Below are positions 34,039 to 46,989 of a DNA stretch of 64,000 nucleotides, piece after piece. The translations under genes and the position numbers were made by a program. The stretch's first letter is position 1, and every line of letters starts with the position of its first letter. Under the pieces are notes generated by a model that made no database searches, was not told the DNA's origin, and saw only the letters and a program-made list of their open reading frames with translations. The stretch is taken from contig NC_086097.1 in assembly GCF_963921235.1 (NCBI RefSeq), positions 163,806,001 to 163,870,000 on the forward strand, read 5' to 3'. Origin of the DNA: Mobula hypostoma (Eukaryota).

Positions 34039-35308
34039 CACAAAACACAAAATTGACAGACTGTCCACTGACATCTTCTACAGCCCACTGACTCTCATAA
34101 CTACCTCAACTTTACCTCTTCCCACCCAGCCACATGCAAAAATGTCATTCCCTATTCCCAGTTCCTCCGTCTCTGCCGCATCTGCTCCCAGGATGAGCTT
34201 TTCCGTTCCAGGACATCTCAAATGTCCTCTTTCTTTAAGGATCATGGTTTCCCTTCTGCTGTCACCAATGATGCCCTCACCCGCATCTCCTCCATTTCCC
34301 GCACTTCGGCCCTCACCCCATCCTCCCGCCACCACAACAGGGACAGAGTTCACCTTGTCCTCACCTACCACCCCACCAGCCTCCAGATCCAGCACATTAT
34401 CCTCTGCAACTTCCGCCACCTTCAACAGGACCCCACCACTCAGCACATCTTTCCCTCTCCACCCCTCTCCACTTTCAGCAGGGATCGGTCCCTCCACGAC
34501 TCCCTGGTCCACATGTCCCTCCCCACGGATCTCCCACCCAGCACTTATCCCTGTAAGCGCAAGTGCTACACCTGTCCCTGCACCTCCTCTCTTGCCACCA
34601 TTCAAGGCCCATAACAGTCCTTCCAAGTGAGGCAACACTTCACTTGTGAGTCTATTGGAGTCATCTATTGCATCTGGTGCTCCCGGTATGGCCTCCTCTA
34701 CATCGGTGAAACCCGACGCAGACTGGGGGACCGCTTCGTCGAGCACCTCCGCTCCGTCCACCAAAACAGACATCTCCCAGTAGCCACCCACTTCCACTCT
34801 GCTTCCCACTCCCATTCAGATATGTCCATACATGGCCTCCTCTACAGCCATGATGAGGCTAAACTCAGGTTGGAGGAGCAACATCTCATATACCGTCTAG
34901 GTAGTCTCCAGCCCCTTGGTAGGAACATAGAATTCTCCAACTTGCGGTAATTCCCTCCCCCTCCCTTCCCCTATCCCTATGTCACTCTGTCCCCTCCCCC
35001 AGCTGCCTATCACCTCCCTCATGGTTCCGCCTCCTTCTACTACCCATTGTGTTTTCCCCTATTCCTTCACCTTTCCTGCCTATCACCTCGCTGCTTCCCC
35101 TCCCCCACCCCTTTATCTTTCCCCTTACTGGTTTTTCACCTGGAACCTACCAGCCTTCTCCTTCCCACCCTCCCCCCCCCACCTTCTCTATAGGACCTCT
35201 GCCCCTTCCCTGTACTGTCCTGACGAAGGGTTCCAGCCCGAAACGTCGACCGATCTTTTTCCACGGATGCTGCCCGACCTGCTGAGTTCCTCCAGCATGT
35301 TGTGAGTG
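34039..35308 (+). mobile_element. Penelope-like element 3' half (second subfamily)
   Basis: IPYSQFLRLCRICS and GIY-YIG VIYCIWCSRYGLLYIGETRR; 13-bp TSD TTACTTGGAGAAA at 34026-34038 and 35309-35321. Confidence 0.92.
35217..35250 (+). ncRNA. Minimal hammerhead ribozyme motif
   Basis: GTC-CTGACGA-A-GGG ttccag CCC-GAAAC-GTC-GAC; same core as 25366-25401 with a different stem II. Confidence 0.75.
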
Positions 35309-36619
35309 TTACTTGGAGAAAATTACTTAAAAAGTTATTTTCCTCACTTCAGCAAAGTTCAGAAGGAACATTTTTCCAGAGAGCACTGAGCTTCCAAAAC
35401 ATAGCTTGACATTTACTTTATAATTAGTCGAAGGACATGTGATTCGCAGGCTGAGCCAAAGTTTGTTTGTCCATCCCTTGTTGCTTGAGAGAAGGTTCTA
35501 GTGAATTGTTGAATCGCTGTGGTCTTTGAGAAGCACATTACCTATATCGCAGTTAGGGAGTACTTTCCAGGATTTTGGCTCAGCAATGGTGAGGGAACAG
35601 TGATATATTTCCAAGTCAGAATGGTGCGTGGCTTGACGCAGTGCTCCCTTGCTTTTGCTGCCCTTTTCCTTCCGGCTGGTAGAGATTGGAGGTTTGAAGG
35701 GTGCTGTCTATGGAGTCTTGCTGAGTTGCTGCAGTTCACCCTATAGTTTTCTTTGTTTCTTAGTGGCATTAGCTGCAAATGCAGACAAAATCGGAGGAAC
35801 ATATGGCAACACTGAATGTGTTAGATTTTCATCTAAATGATGGACAGTCGTATAGTAAAAACATTAAATGCAAAATGTTTTTTTAACAAAGTGGATTGTG
35901 GTGTCATCATATTGGTAATGTGATGAGGTGGGCAGAGAAAATGCTAGCATTTGCTAGTTGCTGCAGAATAAACAGTGACTGTTGGCCATCTGCTAAGATT
36001 TACAGAATGTTACAGCCTGAGCAATTTTGAACAATTAAGATTCATTGTGCTTATTAAAATGCATTGTACTTTTTAAAGCCCAGCTGCTGGCACTTGTTAA
36101 ATTGAATGTTTTGCATAAAATAAGTGGAAAATGTGATCCAGTACGAATAATATCAAAGTATTCTTCTTGTGAGGGAATTGACATAATAAGACAACTGTGT
36201 AAGCATTTGTTGAATTTTTACTCAGTTTCTACTTTAGGCTTTGGGTCTAAAGTTCAGCTCTCGCACTTCGTTCTCTGATCTCTGAGCCAGAACATTGTGT
36301 GTTCAAGTCCCGCTCCAGAGATCCAAGTGCAGATAAACTGATCTGCCTGTCACAGTGTTGGCATCTTTTGTGGGAGAAGATATAAGATTGTTCCCTCAGT
36401 TGGCCTCAGCCAATTTCTGGCACTTTTTTGAAGGAGATGTCCAGAGAGGTATTGGGAACTTGACTCTGGAATTGCAGAGGCTGAGGGGAGAATTGATAGA
36501 ATTTTATAAAATTATCAGAGGCAGAGAAAGGGTTGAAATGAATTGAGACAACCCATTGAAATTTTTTGAAGCATAAATACTCATATTGGGCTGGAATAGA
36601 CCCGTTGTCTAGAAACATA

Positions 36620-37200
36620 ATCAAGTTTATTAACACTGCCTTATATAATATGAAATTTGTTCTTTTGCAGCAGCAGTACAGTGCAATTACAAAATATATA
36701 AACAGTGCAAACAAAAGGAACAATGTGGTAGTGTGTTAAGAAATCTGATGGCAGAGGTGAAGAAGCTGTTTCTGAAGCATTGACTGTGGGTCTTCAGGCA
36801 CCAATACCTCCACCCTTATGGCAGTGACACGAAGAGGGCATGTCTGAGATGGTGAAGGTCCTGAATGATGGATAGCTCTCTTGAGGCACTGCCTTTTGAA
36901 GATATCCTCGATGGTGGGGAAGTTGTGACTGTGATGGGAGCTGGCAGTCTATAACCCTCTACAGCCTCTTGTGATGTTGTGCATTGGAGCTTCCATAGCA
37001 GGCAGAAATGCAGCAGTCAGAATGCTCTCCACCGTACACCTATAGAAACCTCTAAGAGTCTCTGGTAACATATCAAATTTCCTCAAACTCCTAATAAAGT
37101 AAAGCCACTGGCATGCGTTCTTCATGATTATATGGAGCCAGAACAGATCCTCTGAGATGTTGGTACCTCAGAACTTAAAGCCGTTGAGCCCTCCTTACCA
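36620..37200 (-). mobile_element. Rex1/Babar 3' fragment
   Basis: Homologous to 17095-17700. Confidence 0.7.
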
Positions 37201-37954
37201 CTCCCCTTCCCCCCACCCTCACTGATGCCAGTTTTCATTGATCTGGACATGGAGAACCAATCTTAAAAGTTCTCCATTCCTATAAGCTAGGTAGCATGAT
37301 CCTAGCTGAAAAAAGGCTCTGTGGTGACAAGGTTCAGAGGACATTCGGACCCCCCCCCAACCACCTATGGCTTTTCATTGCTGGCAAAACTGGGGGTGGA
37401 ACTTAGCTGATGGAGAAACAAGTATGTCATTATTAATAGTTTTTTTTAAATGTTTCTGACATTCAAAGACATTTTGAAAGCTATTGCAAATGACATAATT
37501 GATTGAAGCAAAGATAAAGCAGCGTTAAAAATGTTAAAATTAAACAGATAAAAGCACTTAGGAATAATTAAAAATATTATAGGAAAACAATACTCAAAAT
37601 AGTGGGTTGATTGACTATTTAAATTGTGATCACTGAGTAATAGGAATTCCGATATTTTCTGTAAAGGTAGAAGAATTGCACACAGCTTGCTTTACAGAAA
37701 TGTAAATGAGTTTTCCTTTAAGATGCGTTATATTTGCTTTCCACGGAAATGAGTGAAAACGTATCTTCATTCAGGCTTCTGGTGATTGGTCTCCATGTGT
37801 GGTTCTAAGTTGAGTTTTGTTTGATTACACTCATATGAAGTGAGATGGTGGAACTTACCATATTCAAGAGGCTACATAAATGTAAAGCATAAAATAAAGT
37901 AATGATTAGATGTGTGGTGATTAATATAGAAGTATGAGAAAAAAAACCAGAGGA

Positions 37955-38235
37955 CATGGGTTAAAGGTGAGGGGGGATAAGTTTAAAGGGAGCATTAGGG
38001 GGTCTTCTCCTTAGAGAGAGTGGTGGGAGTATGGAATGAGCTGCCGGACGAGGTGGTAAATGCGGGTTCTTTTTTAACATGTAAGAATAAATTGGACAGA
38101 TACATGGATGGGAGGTGTATGGAGGGATATGGTCCGTGTGCAGGTCAGTGGGACTAGGCAGAAAATAGTTCGGCACAGCCAAGAAGGGCCAAAAGGCCTG
38201 TTTCTGTGCTGTAGTTTTTCTATGGTTTCTATGGT
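37955..38235 (+). mobile_element. CR1 3' end
   Basis: gggccaaaaggcctgtttctgtgctgtag followed by a (tttctatgg)n tail. Confidence 0.8.
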
Positions 38236-39989
38236 GGTTTGTTGTAACTGTGATGTGCTGGAATGGCCCTTATGTTTCTTTACCTGATAGGTTCATTTTC
38301 AATTGTGTCGCACTAAAATAAACAATATGCCAACTAATACCCAGCCTTAGAATTGTAGATCAGAGGTTTAACAATCAGAAGCCAAATGATCTCTTTAATC
38401 TCTGTTCCTTTTCCTAAACCTCCCCATTCTCCTTATTTTTGCATGAGTCTTCTTCAGGTAGTCCTATTTTATATTAATTTTACATCAGTAATTTTCTATT
38501 ACAAAGGCTGCATTCAAATTAATCTTACTTTCTCTTGTTTTGCATAAAATTTGGTTGCCGCAGTAGTTTAACTGAGACATTCAGCATTATAAATGGACTA
38601 ATTTACTCTGAATCCATCACTTTTATATCCAAGCGGTGTTTGGAGTCATCTTCAATAAACAGCACCATCAGTATTTGATGAATTAATTCCCAGTCTTTCT
38701 GTTGAACTTACACACATTTATGGCTAATCATACTTGCATCTTTCCTTTGAAAACTCTTGTGAAGATATGGCCAGAAATTAAGCATGTAGGGTACTCGCCC
38801 GATGTAAGAGTGGTAGGGTCAGGAGTTCCCCAGGACTGGTGGCTGGTTCATCTCTGCTGCTTGAAGCTGATAGAAAATTAGGCAACAGTTTCTCGGCTGA
38901 GTGGGTCTGGGTTTTAGGGACTGGAAAACGACATCATAGATCTGGGCCCAAGAATGGAGAGGAGAGGGAATGCAGGTCAAGGGAATGTAGGAATCAGAGG
39001 ATGATAAAAAGCAACTGGAAGATCAGAGCCTGTGCTGTAGTTTATGGGGCTGGTTTCCATGAATGCGTTCAGTGAATGCTCTGGCTCCCTCAGGGAATTA
39101 AAAAACTCTCCATTCAGAGAAGCAAGCAGATATTGATCAGAATATATAAAACATAGAACATATACAGTGCAGGAATGGCCCCTTATTAATCAAAACTAAT
39201 TAAGATCGTAATCAAATGCCCAACTAAACTAATCCTTTCTGCCTACACAATATTCCATTCTGGATTATCTGTGTTCTTAGAGAGGCATAAATAAACAGCT
39301 GGTTTCTTTTTTCCAGGGCCAAAGTGTTGAATACTAGAAGCCATGCATTTAATACCTAATACTTAAATGCATACCTTATAGTGCCATTCTCTCCCTCAAG
39401 CACAAGACATCTAATCCAGGCAGCATCCTAGTTAACCTCTTCTCAAAAGCCTTGACATTATTCCTTTAATGAATCTTTTTCAAATGACCTATATGTTATC
39501 TGTTGTGTTTGCCAGCTCAGATATAACCAGTGATTTATTAAATTCAACTATGAATTACTTATTTTTGTATTCTGTTCCTATATTTGTAAATCCTAGTAAC
39601 CTAGATGCTTTTTTAAGGATTTTATGAATTTGTTCTGCCACTTGTTAGAGATTTAGCCATAAAATACATACTTTTAGTCATGCTATGTATTTGGTATTTT
39701 GTTTTAATTTAGTAGACCTTACAAACCATTTCATTTTGTATCACTCAACAATAAACTTAATCCATTGTGCCTTGTTCACATCACCGTAATTTCTGCACCT
39801 GGTTACAGTTCTCATTATTATTAATTTGTCATTTTATCTGTAAGCTCTCCAGTGTTCTAGACATCCTAATCTTGGTCATTTATAAAAGCAGAAAAAATAA
39901 TGGATCTAGCTCAAAATAACATTACTTGAACCCTTTTCCAGTTTTTAATATGGCTGCATATAGAAAATTATACAAAACTCGATGTAAAG

Positions 39990-40800
39990 AAGATGCAGAG
40001 AGGCATCAGTAGTATATTGACAGGCCAAATGAATGGGCAAGATAGCAGATAATATACAACAAGGAAAAATATAAGGACATCTATTTTTGATACATTTAAA
40101 TGTTAAAATTTCTTAACGTTCTGAGAGACCTGGGTGACCTTGTACACTGAAAGCAAATATATTGGTTCAACTAGCAGGTAAGAAGGCAAACAAAACATTA
40201 ACCCTTACTGCAAGAGGTCTTGAAAACCTGAGTTCATTTTAGAGTCGTAGTGAATCTGGAGTATTGTGTACAGGTCTGGCCTTCATACGTAGTATATGAT
40301 GTACTTGTGATAGACAGAAAGGCAAAGATTCACTATGTGATTTCTGACATGGTTAGCTTTTTGATAAGCCTGTGTGTGTTGTCTTTGAATATCTCATTGA
40401 AATGAAATTGCTTAAGGAACTTTGCAGGGTAGGTGTAGGATTGATGTTCTCTGATTGGTATATTCAGAACCCGGGGTCTCGGACTCACAAAAAAATACAG
40501 GGCTAGTCATTCAAGTCAGCAATACTATAAGGCGGAGTTGATGTGATGGGCCAAATAGCCTAATGCTGATCCTATGTATTATGGTCTTATATTAAGAGAT
40601 AGAGAAGAATAAATCTTTGTAAATCACTACCCAAGAGGACAGTGGACCTTCGATTGCTGAGTATATTTGTGATAGAGACCTGGAGGTTTTAGATATTAAA
40701 GGAATCAAGAGATAGTGTTAGTGAAGGAAAGAAGCACTAAGATTTTTAAAAAATGGCATTGATTGCATTGAATGGTGGAGCAAGCATAAGGGGCATAATA
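39990..40800 (+). mobile_element. Old CR1 remnant
   Basis: Degenerate ORF2 C-terminus (ctggagtattgtgtacag) and 3' UTR-like sequence. Confidence 0.55.
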
Positions 40801-42854
40801 ACCTACACACAAGAGATTCTGCAGATCCTGGAACACACACAGTAGGTCACATAACATTGATAGGGTGGAATAAATGGTTGATGTTTCAGATCGAGACCCT
40901 TCATGAATGACCTTCTCCTGGGTCTATTCCTTATATTCTAATGTCCTTATGTCTTCCAAAAGTCCACAATGTTTGTGATTTAATAAACTTCTCCTGTTAA
41001 TTCATCAAGGCGTAGCATTACTGTTGTGAGTTCTGCATTCCTTTACATTTTTTGACAGAGCTTCAACTTGCATTTAATACTTTCAGATGATCGCATAAAT
41101 TCTGAATTGTGATTGCAGACATTTATCTACGGATATCTTCAGATGGTGATCTAGTTTCATCACCAGCAGGCTCCAGTTCGATCTTGTTTATGGTACAGTG
41201 CTCTTCTTTTCCACAGGGTATATACGTTTTTCTTGTTAATTTCCCTAGGCATTTGTTCCAGCTTGTGTTCAGCAAGTTGTCATGACCATTGAGAAAGAAG
41301 GTCTTTCGTGGGGTGTCCCATGATATTTTTTGCTCTCATGTTCTTCTCCCAACTGATGCAATTAATTACTTATGCCATTTGAAAGACATCATTTCTAACA
41401 GTGCGTTCCCCCTCCCCAGTACCTCACTGAAGCATTAGCTTACATTTTAGCCTAGTCATTGCGCCATAGAGAGATACGGGATAGAAACAGACCCTTTAGT
41501 CTACTGAGTCCATGTCAACCATCAAGCACCCATTTTACACCCATTTCCTACCTTAATACATTTTTTTCTCTCCACATTCCCATTAACTACCCACTACTGT
41601 CTCTTATACCCATGCTGATCCATAAGTTTTTGGATTGTGAGTGGAAAAAAGTGTAACACATGGTGTCAAGGAGAATGACTGGTGAGCTTGTAATATTCTG
41701 GCTCAAAGCACTTATTCAAGTGTCTTAAACTGATTGTTCCTCATAATCATAAACAGTACCAAAAAACCTACTGGCTTGTTCCAAACTGGCAAGTGAATAA
41801 AGTATTTCATTGAACCACTGGTCCAGTTTATTTTTGATTTGGAATTTCATTCCTTTTTTTCCCTCAAACTCAGCAATTTATTTGATAGCGGGTACAATTA
41901 ATTTATACAAATGTTTTGTAGAAAGCCTCTCTTTGAATGACCAAAGATCTAATTTTACAGCTTACAGCTGGTGCCTACATTAGTGCTATCTGCTGGTGGG
42001 TAACTGAACAAAGATGATCCATAACCTATCTCCCTACAAGAATAATGGAGAGAAGCAAATGATACTGATGAGACAGAGGCCAGTACGTTCAGGGAAAAAT
42101 ACCTCAATGACTTCTTTCCTGTAAAGTAAAAATGATACTTCAGGTTGTAAAATTCTCTATTTTCCCTTTTCCTTCCCTCTGGAATCCCACTTCTCTATTA
42201 AATGGCCATTGTTAACGTGTGAGTTTTGGAAGACTACTAATGTTCAGCACCCCTGAACTCACTGTTTTACATTGACCCTGTTCTCTTCAGTGAGTATAAA
42301 TCATGCCCGCCCCACCTTAGAATCTCTGCACTCCCTCAGTTATAACCCTTCCACCCCTTCTTTTTTTCATTTCTCCATAGCCAGTGACTGGCCCTTCTAC
42401 TACACAATTCAGCCTCTCTTCCATGAAGTATCTACTCTAATAACATGTGAGGCTGGATCTAGCAATTGACTTTTTCTGTTAAAGCTGTCATACATTCTTA
42501 TTCAACTGAGAGAAGCTTGATGCTCATTTGACATCAATACAGGGGTGCTCTCCAACTGCCATAACAGGACAGTACATAGCAAATTAATTTAGCAAAGGTC
42601 AGGAAAAAGTTGGAGTTTTGGTCTCCTTGCCAAAAAAAAGGGTTTACTCATCATAAATGGAGTACAATGAGGATTCACTAGACTGGTGGGCAGGTTTGTC
42701 ATATGAGGAGATATAGAGGAGACAAGACCTGTATTTTTCATAAATGTGAAGGCTGAATGATGGGAGGATGTTTCCCCCTGCTGAGGAGTCTAGAACCAGG
42801 GATCATAACCTTTAAAATAAGGCATAACCCATTTAGAACTAATGCAAGAACCAA

Positions 42855-43765
42855 AATCAGTATCAGAATTCGGTTTAATATCATTGACATATGTTGTAAA
42901 TTTGTAGCAGCAATACATAATATGCACTAACTTACAATAAGAAATGTATGTGTATATGTGTGTGTGTATGTGTGTGTGTGTATATATATGTAAAATAAGA
43001 TATAATTAAATTAAATACTGTAAGTTGTACAACAGAGAGGAGGATAAAACTGAGCTAGTGTTCATGGGTTCATTGCCCATTCAGAAATCTGATGGCGAAG
43101 GGTAAGGACCTGTTCCTGAAATGTTGAGTGTGTGTCTTCAGGCTCCTGTACCACCTCCTTGATGGTAGTAATGAGGTGGGGGTCCTTAATGATGGAGGTC
43201 GTCTCCTTTTGAAGGTGTCCTGGATGCTGGGGAGGCTAGAGCCCATGATGAAGCTGTCTGAGCTGACAACTTTCAGCAGCTTTTTCTGATTCTGTGCAGT
43301 GGCTCCCTCCACGCAGTTAGCATGCTCTCCATGAAATTTGCAAGGAGACATACCAAGCCTCCTCAAACTCATAATGAAATAAAGTATAGCCTCTGTCAAG
43401 CTTTCTTTCTAATTGTTTCAATATGTTGGACCCAAGAAAGATCCACAGTGACGTTGACACCCAGGAACTTAAAACTGCTCACCCTTTCCATTTTTGATCT
43501 ATCAATGACGATTGGTGTGTGTTCCCTCAACTTCCCATTCCTGAAGTCCACAATGAGTTCCTTGGTCTTACTGATGTTGAGTGCAAGGTTGTTGTGTGAC
43601 ACCACTCAACCAGCTGATCTAGCCAACTCCTGTACAACTTCTTATCGCCATCTGAAATTCTGCCAACAATAGTTATGTCATCACCCAATTTATGGATGGT
43701 GATTGTGCTGTGCCTAGCCACACAATTGTGGGTTTAGAGAGAGTAGAGCAGTGGGCTAAGCATAA
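42855..43765 (-). mobile_element. Rex1/Babar fragment inserted in an old CR1 3' end (42580-42845, 43770-43960)
   Basis: NNLALNISKTKELIVDFR, FKFLGV and LPSRRWYRSLKTHT on minus; includes a TG/TA microsatellite at ~42945-42990. Confidence 0.8.
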
Positions 43766-44924
43766 ATGCACATCTGGACTGTGGAGAGCTGTGGACCTCA
43801 GCCATCAAGTTCATTCAAAACAGGCATCAACAGATTTCTGGATGTTCACAGAAACAAGTGATATGGGGATCATGCAGGAAAATTAAGCCTAAAAATCAAC
43901 CATAGTCTGGTTGGGTTGTGGAGCAGGTTGAAACGACCAGATGGCAACTCTTTCTCCTAATCTGTAAAGTCACAGCATAGAAATAGATCCTAAGGCCTAC
44001 CATGCCAGGGTGACATCACGTACCTATTTCTGCTGATCCCATTTACCTGCACTGGTTCCAACGCATGCTATACTATCGTGACTGATGTCTCATTATGATG
44101 TGTCATAGATACTGTGAGACGACCAGACTCGACCGTCTTCTCAGGCAGTGGTCTGAACAGTTGTGTCTGAGATTAGCCATTGCACTTAACCTTAAGTGCA
44201 ACCCACTCGGTATACGTTATAATGCATGGCACAATACCTTGTCTGAATCCAAGTTGCAATTTTTTTCTTAATTCAAATATGAATTGACTCTGGCAATTAC
44301 ATTTCTGGCATTAGATGGTATCATCAATATCAATTTTTCAGCCTTTTCAGAATGCTTTGCACTCTTCACACAATATGCTAATTAAAGATAAACTCTCCTA
44401 CGACCACACTGTTGTTTAGTGTAGAGAAGAAGTGATTTGGATTTTTAATTTACTTTTTTCATTGCTGATCAGCGATAAGTGGTGCCATTATTAGGGCAGC
44501 AAGATGTAGTAATGCTATTGCAAACTTGACAGCAGTTGCAAGTGCCTCTGTTTCTATATTTGTTGGTCACAGAAATATTCATGTGGAGGCCATTCTGCCT
44601 CTCAAGTCTGAACATGGCTGCAATATACATAACTCCATCTACCAAAATTGTCCCAGTAATCTTTAAGTATCCTTTGTTGCCAGATATCTATGAATCTTAT
44701 GTTATGAGTATGTGACCCACCTCTTTCCTTAGAAACCACCTATTTTGACAATGTCAACTGTATTTTTATAGGAACAGTATTTATTTCCAATAATGTAATA
44801 ATTTTAATATAATCTTAAATTAATACCCTAGTTCTAGATTGCCCCACCAAATGTTATTTTCTTAGGTCCGTCTAACATCTGAAAAGGCCTTAAAAAGGTT
44901 ATCAAGAAATTCAGTGGGATCCTT

Positions 44925-46405
44925 AGTGGCTCAGTAAGTGGGCCAAGGAATGGCAAATGAAGTTTAATTGAGATAAATGTGAGTTGTTGCATTTTTGGAA
45001 GTCAAACCTGGGTAGGACTTTCACAATGAACGGTAGTGCTCTGAGGAGTGTTATAGAATAAAGGGGCCATAGAGTACATGGTTCTTTGAAAGCGGTATCA
45101 CAGGTAGACAGACAAGTGAAGAAGGTATTTGGAATGCTAGCCTTCATCATTGAGTATAGAAATTGGGATGTTTGGTTGCAGTTGTACAAGGCGTTGGTGA
45201 GGCAGCACTTGCAGTACAGTACTGTGTTCAGTTTTAATCATCCTGCTACAAGAATGATGCCATTAAGCTGGAAAGAATGCAGAGGAGATTAACAAGGGTG
45301 TTGCAGTACTTTATTCATTGGATTGTAGGAGACTGAGGTGTGATCTTGTAGGTATATAAAGCCATGAGAAGCTTTGATAGGGTGAATACAGTCAGAGTAA
45401 TTTTCCCAACATTGGAAATTTAGAACCAGAAGGCGGAGGTTTAAGTTGATAGGTGAAAGATTTGAAAGAGACCTGAGGGATAATTTCTTCATGCAGAGGG
45501 TGGTGCCAAAATGGAATGAACTGTCAGAGAAAGTGTTTGAGGCAACTATATTTGAACAAGTACATGGATAGATATGGTTTAGAAAAGGGGTGGCAAACCT
45601 CTTTGAGAATGTGTGCTCAAATCGGAGATAACCTTTTAAAAATGTCCTTATGTGTTAAGGAAATTTTGAGCAGAGGTTAACATTGATTAATGAATTAGTA
45701 ACGATAATAGTGGACTTTTTAAAGGAAAGAGTAAACCCTGTTTCTTATTTATATGCATTTATCACTTTTCTGTTAATAAAAATGTAACAGATACAGATTG
45801 AAATAAATGAGCCATTTTCAAAATCCTGCTCAAAAATTATGAATATTAATCTTTTAAAAAGACATTTTAATATAAATATTCATGGAGGCACTAAACTACA
45901 TACAGTATTACCACTATTATCACTGGATATCCAGTGTTCACTCATAAATGACAGAAGATGATAATATAAGCAGAGCCAAGCCAATGCTGACTGGCCCAAT
46001 CATTCGCTATCCAAATTCTGAGCTGTACATTAGGTCAGTGAAGACTTCAAATTTTATCATCCAGCTTCATGCATTCTCAAAACCGTCTAGCTGGCACCAA
46101 GCTGGTGTGTAAACACTTCACTGCCCTTGAATTGTCAAAAATGACTCACTGCTTCACCTGGCAGTAAAGCTAATCATAATGCATTTTTTAAAATTATGGA
46201 TGAAGTTTAAAGAATTAAGGGGCAGCATTGCATGCCACATGCCAACAATTTTTTTTCATGTGCCAGCTTGGACACATGTGCCATTGATTCACTACCCCTG
46301 AAGGATATGGGTCAAACGTGGGCAAATGAAACTAGTTTGGATGGGCATCTTGGTCAGCCAGAATTCTGGGCTGAAGGGCCGATTTCCGTTCTGTTTGATT
46401 CTAAT
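44925..46405 (+). mobile_element. CR1 3' fragment interrupted by a hAT element
   Basis: KVFGMLAFI and QLYKALVR; the 3' UTR resumes at 46301 (aggatatgggtcaaa...gggctgaagggcc). Confidence 0.75.
45585..46300. mobile_element. Non-autonomous hAT/Charlie-like DNA element
   Basis: Ends AAGGGGTGGCAAACC and GATTCACTACCCCTG (imperfect CAGGGG-type TIRs) with an AT-rich interior and GTGCCA subterminal motifs; TSD not clear. Confidence 0.6.
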
Positions 46406-46989
46406 CATCTTAAGTGGCTCAAAAGTGTAAAACTGTTCAATAAATAACCTTACAATAGTATTTATTTCATACTGTTTTTATCTGTTTAGACAAAGACAGG
46501 AATCAATAGTTGCATTTGGATCAAGGAATTCAGTGGAGCATCAGAACAGTTCTGTAACATTGCACTCTTCAACTGTGTTACATTTAACCTGGAGGAACTG
46601 GTGTGTCACAAACATATCTGGCGAAGCAAGAAACAGAAAGTAACTATTTACTCAACCTCTCAACCTTAAGGATTATAGTAGAAAGGGAACACCTAACTCT
46701 TTCAGCTATCAGTTATAAGTAACAAAAAAGGCAGAGGAAAAAAATGAGGAAAATGGACGCAAAGTTGCATTTGGTTAAATACTCAATCAGTGTAATCTTA
46801 TTCTAATCAGTCATTGGAAAATATCCTGACTTTTTCCCCTTAACCCCCTCTTTTTATGTCATTGTGGCATCAGATCAATGTGCCCAGTATCATTTTCTGG
46901 GAGTGTGCTTGATCCAGTGAGGAAGTAGCCATTTCTGGAGCTGCTCCTATGGAAAAAGAAAGGTTACATGAACTAAGTTTTGGTAGAGA

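Noticed and set aside
34078..34815. 245-aa antisense ORF (also 25059-25580 and 57886-58389)
   Set aside because: These are shadow frames of Penelope sequence with no independent homology or splice evidence.
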